In this document: positions 9,319-20,787 of the stretch, one piece after another
Layout: every line of letters begins with the position of its first letter
How positions within the stretch are numbered: position 1 is the stretch's first letter
Source: Betaproteobacteria bacterium
Lineage (GTDB): Bacteria > Bacillota > SHA-98 > UBA4971
Length of the DNA stretch: 64,000 nucleotides
Assembly: GCA_050260395.1 (NCBI GenBank)
Contig: JBLNCC010000086.1
Span: forward strand, 71 to 64,070
Reading direction: 5' to 3'
Notes under the pieces: model-generated
What the model was told of the DNA's origin: nothing
Database searches by the model: none
What the model saw: the letters and a program-made list of their open reading frames with translations, nothing else
Program-made: the position numbers and the translations under genes

Positions 9319-10542
9319 GTGGTGACTGTCGACGACCAGGTAAGTATCCTGAAAAAAAAGACCGCGGAGATAGTATCGGAGGGGGATCTCCACGAGAAGC
9401 TGGAACGAGCGTCGCGCGAGTCCCGGCCCCTCAGGGTCAAGCTCGGCCTGGACCCGTCCGCACCCGACATTCATCTCGGGCATGCTGTGGTCCTGCGGAA
9501 ACTGCGCGAATTCCAAGACCTGGGCCACGAGGTTATCCTGGTGGTTGGGGATTTCACAGGCCGCATCGGTGATCCCACCGGGAAGTCTGAGACGAGGCGC
9601 CAGCTTTCCATCGAGCAAGTCACGAGGAACGCCCGGACTTACCAGCAACAGGCATATAAGATCCTGGACGCGGCGAGGACGAGGATAGCATTCAACAGCG
9701 AGTGGCTTTCGAAGCTTACGTTTGAGGACGTTATCAACCTTGCCTCCAAGTACACAGTAGCGCGAATGCTGGAGCGGGACGAGTTCAGCGCGAGGTTCCG
9801 CCAGGAACAGCCGATATACATCCATGAATTCTTCTATCCTTTCATGCAAGCTTACGACTCCATTGCGTTGAAGGCCGATGTCGAGCTCGGCGGCACCGAC
9901 CAAAAGTTCAACATCCTCTTCGGAAGGACGCTTCAACGCGAGTACGGCCAAGAACCCCAGGTTGCCATGTTGATGCCCATTCTCGTTGGCACTGACGGGG
10001 TTAACAAGATGAGCAAGAGCTTGGGGAACTACATCGGCGTGGACGAGCCTCCGTCGCAAATGTACGGGAAGACCATGTCGATATCGGACGATGTCATGAT
10101 GACGTATTACGAGCTCGCGACGACGCTGCCCCAGGCTGAGGTGGAGAAGATTCGAGATGCTCTCGCCGACGGTCGGTTGCACCCGAGGGACGCGAAAAGG
10201 CGTCTCGCGCGCGAGATCGTCGCACTCTACCACGGGCCGGAGGCGGCGAAAGCTGCCGAGGAGGAGTTCGACGCGGTCTTCCGGAAAGGGGAGCTGCCCG
10301 AGGACGTTCCCGAGGTGACCATCTCCTGCGCTGACCTAGTGGATGGCAAGATGTGGTGTCCGAGACTGCTTGTGGCCGCCGGCCTCGCAGATAGCACCAG
10401 CGAGGCGCGGCGCCTCATCGAGCAAGGAGCGGTGAGGATCAATAGTGAGAGGGTGACGGATTCACAGGCTCAGGTGGCCATCGAGCCTGGCACGGTGGTC
10501 AGGGTGGGGAGGCGTAGGTTCGCGAAGATCCGTCTTGCCTGA
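9319..10542 (+). CDS. tyrS: Tyrosine--tRNA ligase
   Basis: HLGH (HIGH-like) and KMSKS motifs, GGTDQKFN, C-terminal S4 domain. GGGAGG RBS at 9308-9313. Confidence 0.96.
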   Translation: MVTVDDQVSILKKKTAEIVSEGDLHEKLERASRESRPLRVKLGLDPSAPDIHLGHAVVLRKLREFQDLGHEVILVVGDFTGRIGDPTGKSETRRQLSIEQVTRNARTYQQQAYKILDAARTRIAFNSEWLSKLTFEDVINLASKYTVARMLERDEFSARFRQEQPIYIHEFFYPFMQAYDSIALKADVELGGTDQKFNILFGRTLQREYGQEPQVAMLMPILVGTDGVNKMSKSLGNYIGVDEPPSQMYGKTMSISDDVMMTYYELATTLPQAEVEKIRDALADGRLHPRDAKRRLAREIVALYHGPEAAKAAEEEFDAVFRKGELPEDVPEVTISCADLVDGKMWCPRLLVAAGLADSTSEARRLIEQGAVRINSERVTDSQAQVAIEPGTVVRVGRRRFAKIRLA

Positions 10543-10558
10543 GAGGATTCCACGCATC

Positions 10559-10584
10559 GGGGCCCGCGCGAGGGCCCCGTTTTC
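10559..10584 (+). terminator. Intrinsic terminator after tyrS
   Basis: GGGGCCC-gcgcga-GGGCCCC hairpin followed by GTTTTC. Confidence 0.6.
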
Positions 10585-10690
10585 GTGCCCCGCTTTACGG
10601 CTTTTTTGTTGCGCGTGGAGAATATGATCTACCACGAACTCCTTGCGTCCGTCAGGGCTAGGCGCGAGGACGAAGGAGGTACGTGGTCCG

Positions 10691-11608
10691 ATGGCGTATC
10701 GCCGCTGGTCAAGCGGCCTTCCGCGCCACCCGTGGTGGGTGGACCTGGGACGGACCTTGTCCAGGGCTTTCGGGCCCAGGTGGCCCGTGCGGCGGCGACC
10801 AACGATGCGGGTTCAACCGGGGCCCGCGACCAGGAGGACCGGGCGCAGCCAGCGGGTGCTCGCAGGCCTCGGAGGCGAAGGGCGAAGCTTTACTTTTGCG
10901 GCGCGGCGCGCGCGGGCCCGGAGATGGCCCGGACTCCGGCGTCGGCCCCCGCGGTGGTACGGGTGGCTACGACGTGCGGTTGCCCTCGTCGTGGTGGCTG
11001 GCCTCCTCTTTGCGCTTGTGGATTGGCGCCTCAGGCCGACGCTCCATCAGATCGCGAGCGCGCAGGCCCGGGTGCTCGCCACTGAGGCGGTTACGCAGGC
11101 GGTCGCGACGGAGATCGCGGAGGACATTCGGTGGGAGGACCTTTATGCTCTGAGGCCTGACAGCACCGGGCGGGTTGTCCTCGTGCAGCCGAACACGGCG
11201 GAGATCGACCGCCTTACGTCCAAGGTGACCACCAGAGTACAGGAGCTCCTCAAGAAAGTCACCGAGACCCAGGTGCAGATACCGCTAGGACAGGTCTTCG
11301 GAAGCCAGATCCTCGCCAACATGGGCCCGCGAATACCCATCTCGGTTGTGCCAGTGGGCACTGTAACCACGAAAATACTCAGCGATTTCGAGCAGGCCGG
11401 CATAAACCAGATCCGCCACAAGATCTACCTCGAGGTCGCGGCCCACATCAAACTCGTGGTTCCGCTCGTTGCCTCGGCGGTCGACGTCACGGTCCAAGTG
11501 CCCATCACCGAGGTCCTCATCATGGGCGACGTGCCCCAGACCTATATCCAGTTGGAGGGCTCGGAGCTGCGGAATCTCCTTCTACCGCAGACTCCTCCGG
11601 CGCAGTGA
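10691..11608 (+). CDS. yunB: Sporulation protein YunB
   Basis: IPLGQVFGSQILANMGPRIP...SDFEQAGINQIRHKIYL...IMGDVP signature. GAAGGAGG RBS. Confidence 0.9.
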   Translation: MAYRRWSSGLPRHPWWVDLGRTLSRAFGPRWPVRRRPTMRVQPGPATRRTGRSQRVLAGLGGEGRSFTFAARRARARRWPGLRRRPPRWYGWLRRAVALVVVAGLLFALVDWRLRPTLHQIASAQARVLATEAVTQAVATEIAEDIRWEDLYALRPDSTGRVVLVQPNTAEIDRLTSKVTTRVQELLKKVTETQVQIPLGQVFGSQILANMGPRIPISVVPVGTVTTKILSDFEQAGINQIRHKIYLEVAAHIKLVVPLVASAVDVTVQVPITEVLIMGDVPQTYIQLEGSELRNLLLPQTPPAQ

Positions 11609-11674
11609 GAGCCGCGGAGAACTCGCGGATAGCCGAAGGGCCGTTTTCCCGTGTCCGGCCTGGTTTGGTCAGAC

Positions 11675-11873
11675 CTGAGTGTGGACGCGAAAGCGCTCGC
11701 GACTTTTGGAAGATGCTGCCGGTGACCGCACAAGAGGTGTCAAAATCCGCCCAGTGGCCTCGCGGGCCGGGTTTTGGGGAAGCCCGCCCCGCTTGGGGCA
11801 CCGTCTTCGAGTGCAACACCGGCAACCCGGTGACCGCCGGAAATGCGGCAATCACTGATGCACCCTCACACGG
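11675..11873 (+). repeat. Dispersed ~199-bp repeat, copy 2 (diverged)
   Basis: Shares GACTTTTGG, TGCCGGTGA, GGTGTCAAAATCCG, CGCCCCGCTTGGGGC, GCAACACCGGCA and ATGCACCCTCAC in the same order and spacing as the reverse complement of 2548-2745. Confidence 0.8.
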
Positions 11874-12025
11874 TGCCCCTCGTGAGAGATGCTCGTACAT
11901 TTGACGTAACGCGCTAATCCTGCATGTCCGGAAGGGATCCGCGGGAGCGTGCGGAAAAAGAAGAGTACATGAGCCGCAAGTGTTGTACGAGATGTTTCTC
12001 GTCTCCGAGGAGGGAATCGCCGAGA

Positions 12026-12673
12026 ATGCACAGGATCCGTGACATGGTCCTAGCCCGCAGCTACATTCAACGCGCCATCATAATCTGGGAGACGGTCCTG
12101 GCCCTCTTTGTGTTGCTGGGAGTGGTCGCGGGGAGCCTGGAACTGGTCAGCTATCTCCGGCTCCTCTTGCAACGCGGCGCCGCGCTCCAGGATCCTTACA
12201 GCACGCTTCAGGCGCTGATAAGTCACGTGCTCATATTGGTGGTTGGGCTTGAACTCGCCATGATGCTGATCTGGCACACGCCCGGGAGCGTGATCGAGGT
12301 TCTCATGTACGTGGCAGCCCGGAAGATGCTCGGGCCGCAGACAACGGTGGCGGAATTCCTCGCCGGCACCGCGGCCATCGGTGGTCTCTTCGCGATCAGG
12401 AAGTACCTGTTCGTGGCGAGAATGCAAGCCGGCGATCACGTTTTTAGCGCGGCCACTCCGGTGAGCGCGGTGTGTCAGATCGCGGACGTGCACATACCGC
12501 TGACCATGGGCAAGACCATCGGAGGGGTGGCGGCGCGTCTTGCAGAGGAACAGGGGGTGGACATCGCCCCAAGCCGCACCTTCCGAGTGGCGGACGCTCT
12601 CATTGAAGTCGTGACAGTCGTGGACGGCTTGATGGAAACCGTGAGGGTGACCCGGATTGGCGATGATTCCTAA
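12026..12673 (+). CDS. PsiE-like membrane protein fused to a transporter-associated (CorC/HlyC-like) C-terminal domain
   Basis: Four hydrophobic segments with LILVVGLELAMML..HTPGSVIEVLMYVAARK. C-terminal TIGG...FRVADALIEV..V pattern. Confidence 0.6.
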   Translation: MHRIRDMVLARSYIQRAIIIWETVLALFVLLGVVAGSLELVSYLRLLLQRGAALQDPYSTLQALISHVLILVVGLELAMMLIWHTPGSVIEVLMYVAARKMLGPQTTVAEFLAGTAAIGGLFAIRKYLFVARMQAGDHVFSAATPVSAVCQIADVHIPLTMGKTIGGVAARLAEEQGVDIAPSRTFRVADALIEVVTVVDGLMETVRVTRIGDDS

Positions 12674-12779
12674 CTCACCTGCGCCACGGGGCGACCCGCG
12701 TGGCCTGGCGATCCTGGCGCGCGAAGTCCCAATCGTGCCGGGCGATGCCCGGCATGAAGGGCTCACAGCACTAATTCCC

Positions 12780-12823
12780 GCAATCAAGCGACCCCGGAGA
12801 AGACTCCGGGGTCGCTTGATTGC
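12780..12823. terminator. Perfect 20-bp-arm hairpin between convergent genes, probable groEL terminator
   Basis: GCAATCAAGCGACCCCGGAG-aaga-CTCCGGGGTCGCTTGATTGC. Confidence 0.6.
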
Positions 12824-12840
12824 CATTCTTGGCTTGCATC

Positions 12841-14798
<1,958 letters not shown>

Positions 14799-14824
14799 TC
14801 GTCATACCTCCTCTGGGCTGAAAT

Positions 14825-14851
14825 TTAGCACTCACCGAGGGGGAGTGCTAA
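14825..14851. promoter_or_regulatory. CIRCE element (HrcA operator)
   Basis: Perfect TTAGCACTC-N9-GAGTGCTAA upstream of groES. Confidence 0.97.
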
Positions 14852-14863
14852 CAATCCGATACC

Positions 14864-14893
14864 ATATTACAGAAGGTCGTTCCGGGTTGTCAA
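14864..14893 (-). promoter_or_regulatory. SigA promoter of groESL
   Basis: Minus strand TTGACA-N18-TAATAT just upstream of CIRCE. Confidence 0.7.
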
Positions 14894-14958
14894 TAGGATA
14901 ACTCGCAAATTCCCAAAACCGGAGAAGCCTGACGAGCTCCATGCGTCCTATAAGTCGT

Positions 14959-15585
14959 TCACCCGTCAGACCAGCTCGCGAGGGTTTCAAGGATGCGTAG
15001 CAGTTCCTCCTCACTTGACACGGGTATCCCGGCTTTGAGATCGGCTCTCTCATTCGGCGGAAGGTCGCTAGCTCTTATCCTGGTCACGCTTTTGGGTCTG
15101 CACCGGTGTTCCGGATCACCGTAGAAAACCGTAACCCACCCGTCCTTCTCACCAATGTGCATACTAGAAACGCACGTGGGTGACATCCCGGCCCGCCTCT
15201 GCGACATCACGACCCGCTCTGGCGTAAACTCCGTTATGGTCCAGTCGACGACTTCGCGCGCCAGTTCCTCGCGAGTCAAGCCCACCATCTCCGGAGGCGC
15301 GACCATTCTGTTCACTTCCTCATGGCCGCACTCGTATAGCACTCTGTAGACAACCTCGGTGGAAGAGGATATCCTTGCGGCCGAGGCAGCTTGTTCCACG
15401 CCAGCCTTGAGGCCCTCAGGAGGCAGGGAAGCCGCGTTCGGCCTCGTCGGGCTCGTCTGCTGGAGCCTCTCCCGCGCCCGTTCGATGTTGTGAGCGGCTT
15501 TCAGGCTGAGGTAGGCGTACGTCGCCCCGGCGGAGGCCAGGGTGAGCGCGACGCAGAGGGCTACCAGCCTGCCTTTTCGGTCCAC
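14959..15585 (-). CDS. bofC: BofC C-terminal domain sporulation protein
   Basis: N-terminal signal/TM segment. YECGHEE..MVGLTREEL and IGEKDGWVTVFYGDP..LPPNERADLKAGIPV..EEELLRILE. GGAGGGG RBS. Confidence 0.7.
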   Translation of the reverse strand: MDRKGRLVALCVALTLASAGATYAYLSLKAAHNIERARERLQQTSPTRPNAASLPPEGLKAGVEQAASAARISSSTEVVYRVLYECGHEEVNRMVAPPEMVGLTREELAREVVDWTITEFTPERVVMSQRRAGMSPTCVSSMHIGEKDGWVTVFYGDPEHRCRPKSVTRIRASDLPPNERADLKAGIPVSSEEELLRILETLASWSDG

Positions 15586-15625
15586 AGCTTCACCCCTCCG
15601 CAACCAGTACCCAAGACTCCCTGGC

Positions 15626-15654
15626 TATCATGCCCGAAATAGCGCGGAGTATTC
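15626..15654 (-). promoter_or_regulatory. SigF/SigG-type promoter of bofC
   Basis: Minus strand GAATA-N15-GGCATGATA (also reads GAATA-N17-CATGATA). bofC is forespore-expressed in B. subtilis. Confidence 0.55.
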
Positions 15655-15657
15655 CTG

Positions 15658-15697
15658 AAAGCAGGAGAACATGGCAAGCATGCCATGTTCTCCTGCT
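15658..15697 (-). terminator. Terminator hairpin after yebC
   Basis: Perfect 17-bp arms AGCAGGAGAACATGGCA / TGCCATGTTCTCCTGCT, with a short T run on the minus strand. Confidence 0.55.
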
Positions 15698-15846
15698 CCG
15701 ATCGACTTTTTTCGCCCCATGCCACGGGCCCACGTGGCGCCGGCGAGACGTCCTCCTCGGGAACGCGCGGCCCCAACTTCGTCCGGAGAGGGGCGGTGAA
15801 GCTCCCTGCCGTGAAGCCTCGCCCTACACGGTGAAGCGACCGGAGG

Positions 15847-16605
15847 TCATTCCTCTGCGGCCGCTTCCATTTCCTCGTCCGGTATGTCGAAGTTCGCGTG
15901 TACCTGCTGGACGTCGTCCAGATCCTCAAGCTCCTCGGTGAGAGTGAGCACCTGCCTTGCATCCTTGCCTGTGACCCGCACCGTGGTCTGCGGGACCCAG
16001 GTGAGTTCCGCGACGGTGAACGCGACGCCGTGGCCTTTGAGGTATCTCTGCACGTTCTCGAAATCCGCGGGATCGGTCGTGATTTCGACAGTGGCGCCGT
16101 CAGCCTTGAAATCTTCGGCCCCGGCTTCCACGGCGAGGTTCATCAGATCGTCCTCGCTCATTTTCGAATCTGCGAGGTCTACCACGAGGAGACCTTTTTT
16201 ACGGAACATCCACGCCACGCAACCGCTTTCGCCCAGGTTTCCCCCGTGCCTCGTGAAGATGTGTCGTATATCGGAGGCCGCGCGGTTCCTGTTGTCGGTC
16301 ATGACCTCGACCATGATGGCCACGCCTCCGGGGCCGTATCCCTCGTAAATGATCTCCTCATATGTTTCAGTTCCGGACTCGCCCGCGCCCCTTTTTATGG
16401 CCCGCATTATGCTGTCGTTGGGCATGTTGACGGCTCTGGCTCGCTCGATCGCCATCCTCAGCCTGAAGTTGGCCTCCGGGTCGGGACCCCCCTCGCGCGC
16501 CGCAACCAAGATCTCCCGTGCGACCTTGGTGAACATCTTCCCCCGCTCCGCATCAGCCTTTGCCTTCCTATGCTTGATGTTAGCCCATTTGGAATGTCCA
16601 GACAC
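15847..16605 (-). CDS. yebC: YebC/PmpR family protein
   Basis: MSGHSKWANIKHRK, YEGYGPGGVA, TDNRNR, LEDLDDVQQV. Confidence 0.96.
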   Translation of the reverse strand: MSGHSKWANIKHRKAKADAERGKMFTKVAREILVAAREGGPDPEANFRLRMAIERARAVNMPNDSIMRAIKRGAGESGTETYEEIIYEGYGPGGVAIMVEVMTDNRNRAASDIRHIFTRHGGNLGESGCVAWMFRKKGLLVVDLADSKMSEDDLMNLAVEAGAEDFKADGATVEITTDPADFENVQRYLKGHGVAFTVAELTWVPQTTVRVTGKDARQVLTLTEELEDLDDVQQVHANFDIPDEEMEAAAEE

Positions 16606-16874
16606 ATTTCACCCCTCCCGTCACGACAATCTTAGCACAGACGCCAATGAGTTGTCACCGGGTCTTCGGCCCCCGGGCGGGCGCTCCCGTGGCGCCTTTT
16701 GACGGCTGGACGGCGCGTGCCGTGCCGTTCCTTGAGCGAATCGCCGCGAGGTTTCGCCCGATCGCAAACGGCGCACCGAGGCGCCCTGTTGAAGCGTCGC
16801 CCCTGATCGTGGGCGACATCGGCAACTCGGTGACTAACCCAACGGAAACCCAGCCGAGCCTTGTGCCTGTCTGT

Positions 16875-17813
16875 TCATGGAACGCCGCCGCCTGCTTCGG
16901 TTGGCCCGAGGGACTTGCTCTCCGGCCCGTCCTCAGGCGCGTCCAAGGGCACGGGTGCCTCAGGTCCCTGGCGCTCCGGCGCACCACGCGTCATTCCCGG
17001 GGCGCGTGCGGGAGTCGCCGCGCCGGCGTGGGGTTCCGTCCGTGGGCGGCTTTTCGGCCGCGTCTCGCTGGAGGCGTTGACGCGGGAGGGTCCGGCCGCC
17101 GCGGCCACCCCTTGGCGGGTTCGGAACGGCGACAGCCTGCGGGCCTTGGCGATTTTCCGGCTGAGGTAGGCATAGGTTGCAAGGACCATGAAGACGCCGA
17201 AGGCTGGCGGGACTATGCCGCTGATTATGAGAAAATCGTATCCGCCGTGCAAGGTGATTGCGGTACCGAGGCCCCTGGCGACAAGGGCGGTGGCGTGCGG
17301 GGCGTCGAACTTCGCGCGCCCGAGGTAGTACCCGACTATCCCCGAGAACGACGCGTGGGCGAGATCTGTTATAAACGCTCTCACTATCCCGACCGCGAGA
17401 CCATAAGTCGTAGCATAGAAGAGGTTTTCGGTGGCGGCAAACCCAAGCCCCGCTGCCACGGCGTACACGACCCCGTCCATCACCTCATCGAACTCGGCGC
17501 TGTCGTACGCCGCTATCTTCACGGCAACGAACTTCGAGACCTCCTCGACGACACCCACCACTAGCACTGAGACGACGAGGAGGGCCGCAAGGTCCTGGGG
17601 GCCGGCGGTTATGACTCTGCGGAACGGCGCCTCGAGGAGCGCCGCCGGGAATACCGACAGAACGCCGTACAGGAATGCTTTGGTCACGAAGGCCTTCGGC
17701 TCGGGCTCTGCCCGATCCTTGCGATAAAAGAACCAGACCCAGAGGAGGCCAGGACCGAGGGACACGAGCGCGAGTGCCACGAGATCTGGAGTGACTGGGC
17801 CCATTCGCGTCAC
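16875..17813 (-). CDS. prsW: PrsW family intramembrane metalloprotease with a low-complexity C-terminal tail
   Basis: EPEP, VVEEVSKF, GFAATEN, HASFSG and LHGGYD motifs. Multiple TM segments. Confidence 0.85.
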   Translation of the reverse strand: MTRMGPVTPDLVALALVSLGPGLLWVWFFYRKDRAEPEPKAFVTKAFLYGVLSVFPAALLEAPFRRVITAGPQDLAALLVVSVLVVGVVEEVSKFVAVKIAAYDSAEFDEVMDGVVYAVAAGLGFAATENLFYATTYGLAVGIVRAFITDLAHASFSGIVGYYLGRAKFDAPHATALVARGLGTAITLHGGYDFLIISGIVPPAFGVFMVLATYAYLSRKIAKARRLSPFRTRQGVAAAAGPSRVNASSETRPKSRPRTEPHAGAATPARAPGMTRGAPERQGPEAPVPLDAPEDGPESKSLGPTEAGGGVP

Positions 17814-17971
17814 CTTCCAGGGCGGGATATGTGTTGCTGCCCATAAGTCTTCCCAGACTTGCCCGCCGCCAATCTCCAGGGCCGGGCCCGTGGAGATCGT
17901 CGTTGCCCGCCACGAGCGCCGGTATGCTATAATAAGGCCGAAGCAATCAGCGGACGGCGGGGTGATCGTGC

Positions 17972-18196
17972 TTGGACGGGCTCAGCTCGCTCGGAAAGAT
18001 GCTCATGATGCTTGGCGGTTTGCTGCTGGTCTTCGGAGCGATCCTTGCCTTTGCCGATAGGCTGCCAGGCATAGGTAGGCTGCCCGGCGACATCCTGATC
18101 CGGCGGGGCAACTTCACGTTCTACTTCCCGCTTGCTACGAGCATCTTGCTGAGCGTGTTGCTGACGGTTCTCCTCGCGTTTTTCTCTCGCAGGTGA
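17972..18196 (+). CDS. DUF2905 (YrzS-like) small membrane protein
   Basis: GRLPGDILIRRGNFTFYFPLATSILLS signature. Extended -10 TGCTATAAT at 17925-17933. Confidence 0.85.
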   Translation: MDGLSSLGKMLMMLGGLLLVFGAILAFADRLPGIGRLPGDILIRRGNFTFYFPLATSILLSVLLTVLLAFFSRR

Positions 18197-18345
18197 GGGC
18201 GGCAGGTGGTTCAGAGGGCCCGGGATCGTCGCTAGACAAGCCATGACCGAGGCGCCAGAGTCAGAGCGTGCCCGGTGGCATCCTTCTTGCTGGCCACTGG
18301 GATTACCAGAGTAAAGCGCGCAAGCGCCGAGAAGGTGTGTTCCAG

Positions 18346-18434
18346 GCGCCCCGCTTGGGGCGCCGTCCCCGAGTGCGACACCGGCAACCCGGCAACCGCT
18401 GGAAATGCGGCAATGGTGGCGCACCCTCACATGG
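18346..18434 (+). repeat. Dispersed repeat, copy 3 (3' half only)
   Basis: GCGCCCCGCTTGGGGCGCCGTCCCCGAGTGCGACACCGGCAACCCGGCAACCGCTGGAAATGCGGCAAT...GCACCCTCACA matches the 3' half of copies 1 and 2. Confidence 0.75.
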
Positions 18435-18511
18435 GAGAATAGGCCGCATATACTGGGGAGAGCGTGGGAACTCTATGCACGATGGGGATGCGATTCCCTG
18501 GAGGTAGTGCC

Positions 18512-19321
18512 ATGGCGCTCTACAGAACTGAGGGGATCGTCCTCAGGACCAGGAACCTAGGCGAGGCGGACAGGATCGTCACGTTCTACTCACCCACCAG
18601 GGGCAAGGTGCGGGCGGTTGCCCGGGGCGCCAGGAGGCCCCGGAGCAGGTTCGTGAGCAGCACGCAGATGTTCGCTCACGCTGACTTCCTGGTGTTTTCG
18701 GGCAAGTCCCTTGACAGCATAAGCCAAGTTGAGGTAAAGACGTCTTTCCCACGTCTGCACGAGGATCTCGTCAAGCTTGCCTACGCGAGCTACATCGCGG
18801 AGCTCCTTGACGCCATGGTCGAGGAGGGTGGGGAAGGCACCGATAGTGCCGGAAACGAGGCGCTCTTCGGTCTCCTGGCTGCGTACCTCCGTGCTCTATC
18901 GGAGATGCAGGACCCTGAGATGCTTACGCGGGCTTTCGAGATGAAGCTCTCGTCGCTCCTCGGGTACAAGCCGGTCTTGGACTCGTGTGCGCGGTGTGGC
19001 CGGGGCGATCTCGGCGCCGAAGTTGGGTTCGCGCCCGATGTGGGCGGTGTGGTCTGCGAAGACTGCCTCAAGCGCTGCGGCTTGGGCCCCGGCAGCGTCA
19101 GGGTTTCGCGGGGCGCGGTCGAGGTCATGAAGAGACTGCTCGTGCTTGAGCTTGACAAGGTCTCGCGGCTCGGAGCAGGCCCTGGCATGAGGGCAGAGAT
19201 AGAAAGGGCGATGAGGGCGCACCTTGACTTCAGGCTTGATCGGAAACTTCAGTCGCTTGACTTCCTTGCAGCGGTGAAAGCAGCGCAGGACGGAGGCCGC
19301 AAGGCCGCGACCATCGAGTAA
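18512..19321 (+). CDS. recO: DNA repair protein RecO
   Basis: EGIVLRTRNLGEADRIVT..GKVRAVARGAR, plus zinc-finger CARC...CEDC. Confidence 0.93.
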   Translation: MALYRTEGIVLRTRNLGEADRIVTFYSPTRGKVRAVARGARRPRSRFVSSTQMFAHADFLVFSGKSLDSISQVEVKTSFPRLHEDLVKLAYASYIAELLDAMVEEGGEGTDSAGNEALFGLLAAYLRALSEMQDPEMLTRAFEMKLSSLLGYKPVLDSCARCGRGDLGAEVGFAPDVGGVVCEDCLKRCGLGPGSVRVSRGAVEVMKRLLVLELDKVSRLGAGPGMRAEIERAMRAHLDFRLDRKLQSLDFLAAVKAAQDGGRKAATIE

Positions 19322-19385
19322 GCCGGTGGAAGCGGTTCTCGCCTTCGCTCCCTCATTCAGCGGGGCCAAAACGGGGGGACAAGGT

Positions 19386-19784
19386 ATGCAAATCGATCTC
19401 GAGAAAGTGGACATCATCCGCGAACGGGCAGGGCTTTCATACCGCGAGGCCGTGGAGTACCTTGAGAGAGCTGAGGGCGATGTTGTGAAGGCCCTCGTTT
19501 TGATCGAGGAAGACAAACAGGCTGGACGGGCCGAGTTCGCGGGCAAAGGGCAGGAGATCTTGAACAAGATCAAATACGTCATACGTCGCGGCAACGAGAC
19601 CAAGATAAAGGTGGAGCGCGACGGGAGGACCATGGTTGAGCTTCCCGTCACCGCGGGTGTCATCGGGACTGCGATAGCACCCCAGCTCGCGCTCGTCGGC
19701 GCGGTGACGGCGCTTGCAACCGGGTGTTCCATCTCGGTCGAAGATGCGGGCGGGCGCGCCGAAGACGGGCAAGAGCAGGCCTAG
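19386..19784 (+). CDS. DUF4342 domain protein with an N-terminal UBA-like helix bundle
   Basis: LEKVDIIRERAGLSYREAVEYL..GDVVKAL and IRRGNETKIKV..ELPVTAGVIG. Confidence 0.75.
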   Translation: MQIDLEKVDIIRERAGLSYREAVEYLERAEGDVVKALVLIEEDKQAGRAEFAGKGQEILNKIKYVIRRGNETKIKVERDGRTMVELPVTAGVIGTAIAPQLALVGAVTALATGCSISVEDAGGRAEDGQEQA

Positions 19785-19835
19785 TGATCTCGGGCGGACG
19801 GTTTGGATCGTTGACTCGAGTCGTCGAGGTCAGGA

Positions 19836-19864
19836 TTGACACGCCGGGGCATGTCTGGTATATT
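19836..19864 (+). promoter_or_regulatory. SigA promoter of the T-box/spoIIM/glyQS transcript
   Basis: TTGACA-N17-TATATT with a TG extension. Confidence 0.75.
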
Positions 19865-19887
19865 GGGAACAAAATGATCACAGTCCG

Positions 19888-20126
19888 GCGATGACGAAGA
19901 GAGAGTACCCGCAGCGCGGGCGGGGGGAGAGAGCCGGGCGAGGTGAAAGCCGGCACCGCCACCACGGGGAATGGCGCCTTCGGAGCCGGGGTGTTCTTCT
20001 AGAGGAGTGGGCTCATCGCTGCGGGGCCCTGCCCGTTTGGGTATGTGCGCGATGGGCCAATCAGGGTGGAACCGCGGGAGCGACCTCTCGTCCCTGGATG
20101 TTGCGTCGAGGGCGGGAGGTTTCTTT
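19888..20126 (+). ncRNA. T-box riboswitch, glycine specifier (GGC)
   Basis: GA motif GCGATGACG, AGUA, AGAGA and GGTGAAA loop elements. Specifier GGC at 19973-19975. T-box AATCAGGGTGGAACCGCG at 20059-20076. Terminator 20083-20126 ends in TTTCTTT. Confidence 0.92.
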
Positions 20127-20142
20127 GTGGGAGGGGAACGCG

Positions 20143-20787
20143 TTGCGCGCACCGTGGCTTCTGGCGCGCGTCCCGAAAGTCCTTCGCGCGAGCAGGCGTT
20201 ACATATTCTTTACGAGCGTTCTCTTTCTTACCGGTGTGGTTTTCGGGTACGTGGTCTTCCGTCGGCACCCGGTTGACTCCTCGTGGTTGTCCACGCTCCT
20301 CGACCAGAAGTTCGGGCCGATGGCTGAGGCTATGTCGACAATGAATGTGACAGGCATGGCCAGCATGGTTTTCTGGAACAACCTCAAAGCCGCGGGGCTT
20401 CTCGTTGCGGGCGGCGTTGTGTTCGGAGTTCTCCCGATGGTCATGGTTTTTCTTAACGGGCTCTTGGTAGGAATGGTTTCCGGGGACGTGGCGCGGCAGG
20501 GGTTCGGGCTCATCCCCTTCATCCTCATCGGGGTCCTCCCGCACGGGATGTTCGAGATACCCGGCTATATCGTCGGCGGCACGCTAGGCATAAGGCTCGG
20601 GTTCAACATCCTCGGGTACCAGCGAGGCCGGCGGGAGGGGCGCAGCATCCGGGCGATTCTCGTTGACACGCTTTTGGTGCTGGTCGTAATGGTGATTCCG
20701 CTCCTTATGGTGGGTTCGCTCATTGAGGTGACGGTGACGCGTCACCTGGTTGAGTGGGTGATGGGCGACGCGCTGCGCTGGCACTGA
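20143..20787 (+). CDS. Stage II sporulation protein M (SpoIIM/DUF95) family membrane protein
   Basis: [21 protein letters not shown] and IEVTVT motifs. TTG start after a GGAGGGG RBS. Confidence 0.85.
   Translation: MRAPWLLARVPKVLRASRRYIFFTSVLFLTGVVFGYVVFRRHPVDSSWLSTLLDQKFGPMAEAMSTMNVTGMASMVFWNNLKAAGLLVAGGVVFGVLPMVMVFLNGLLVGMVSGDVARQGFGLIPFILIGVLPHGMFEIPGYIVGGTLGIRLGFNILGYQRGRREGRSIRAILVDTLLVLVVMVIPLLMVGSLIEVTVTRHLVEWVMGDALRWH

Noticed and set aside
19891-20142. N-terminal extensions given by the ORF track (spoIIM from 19891, also 2695, 2812, 9130, 35993, 47683)
   Set aside because: They run through a T-box, a repeat, promoters or upstream genes. RBS-supported starts lie downstream.
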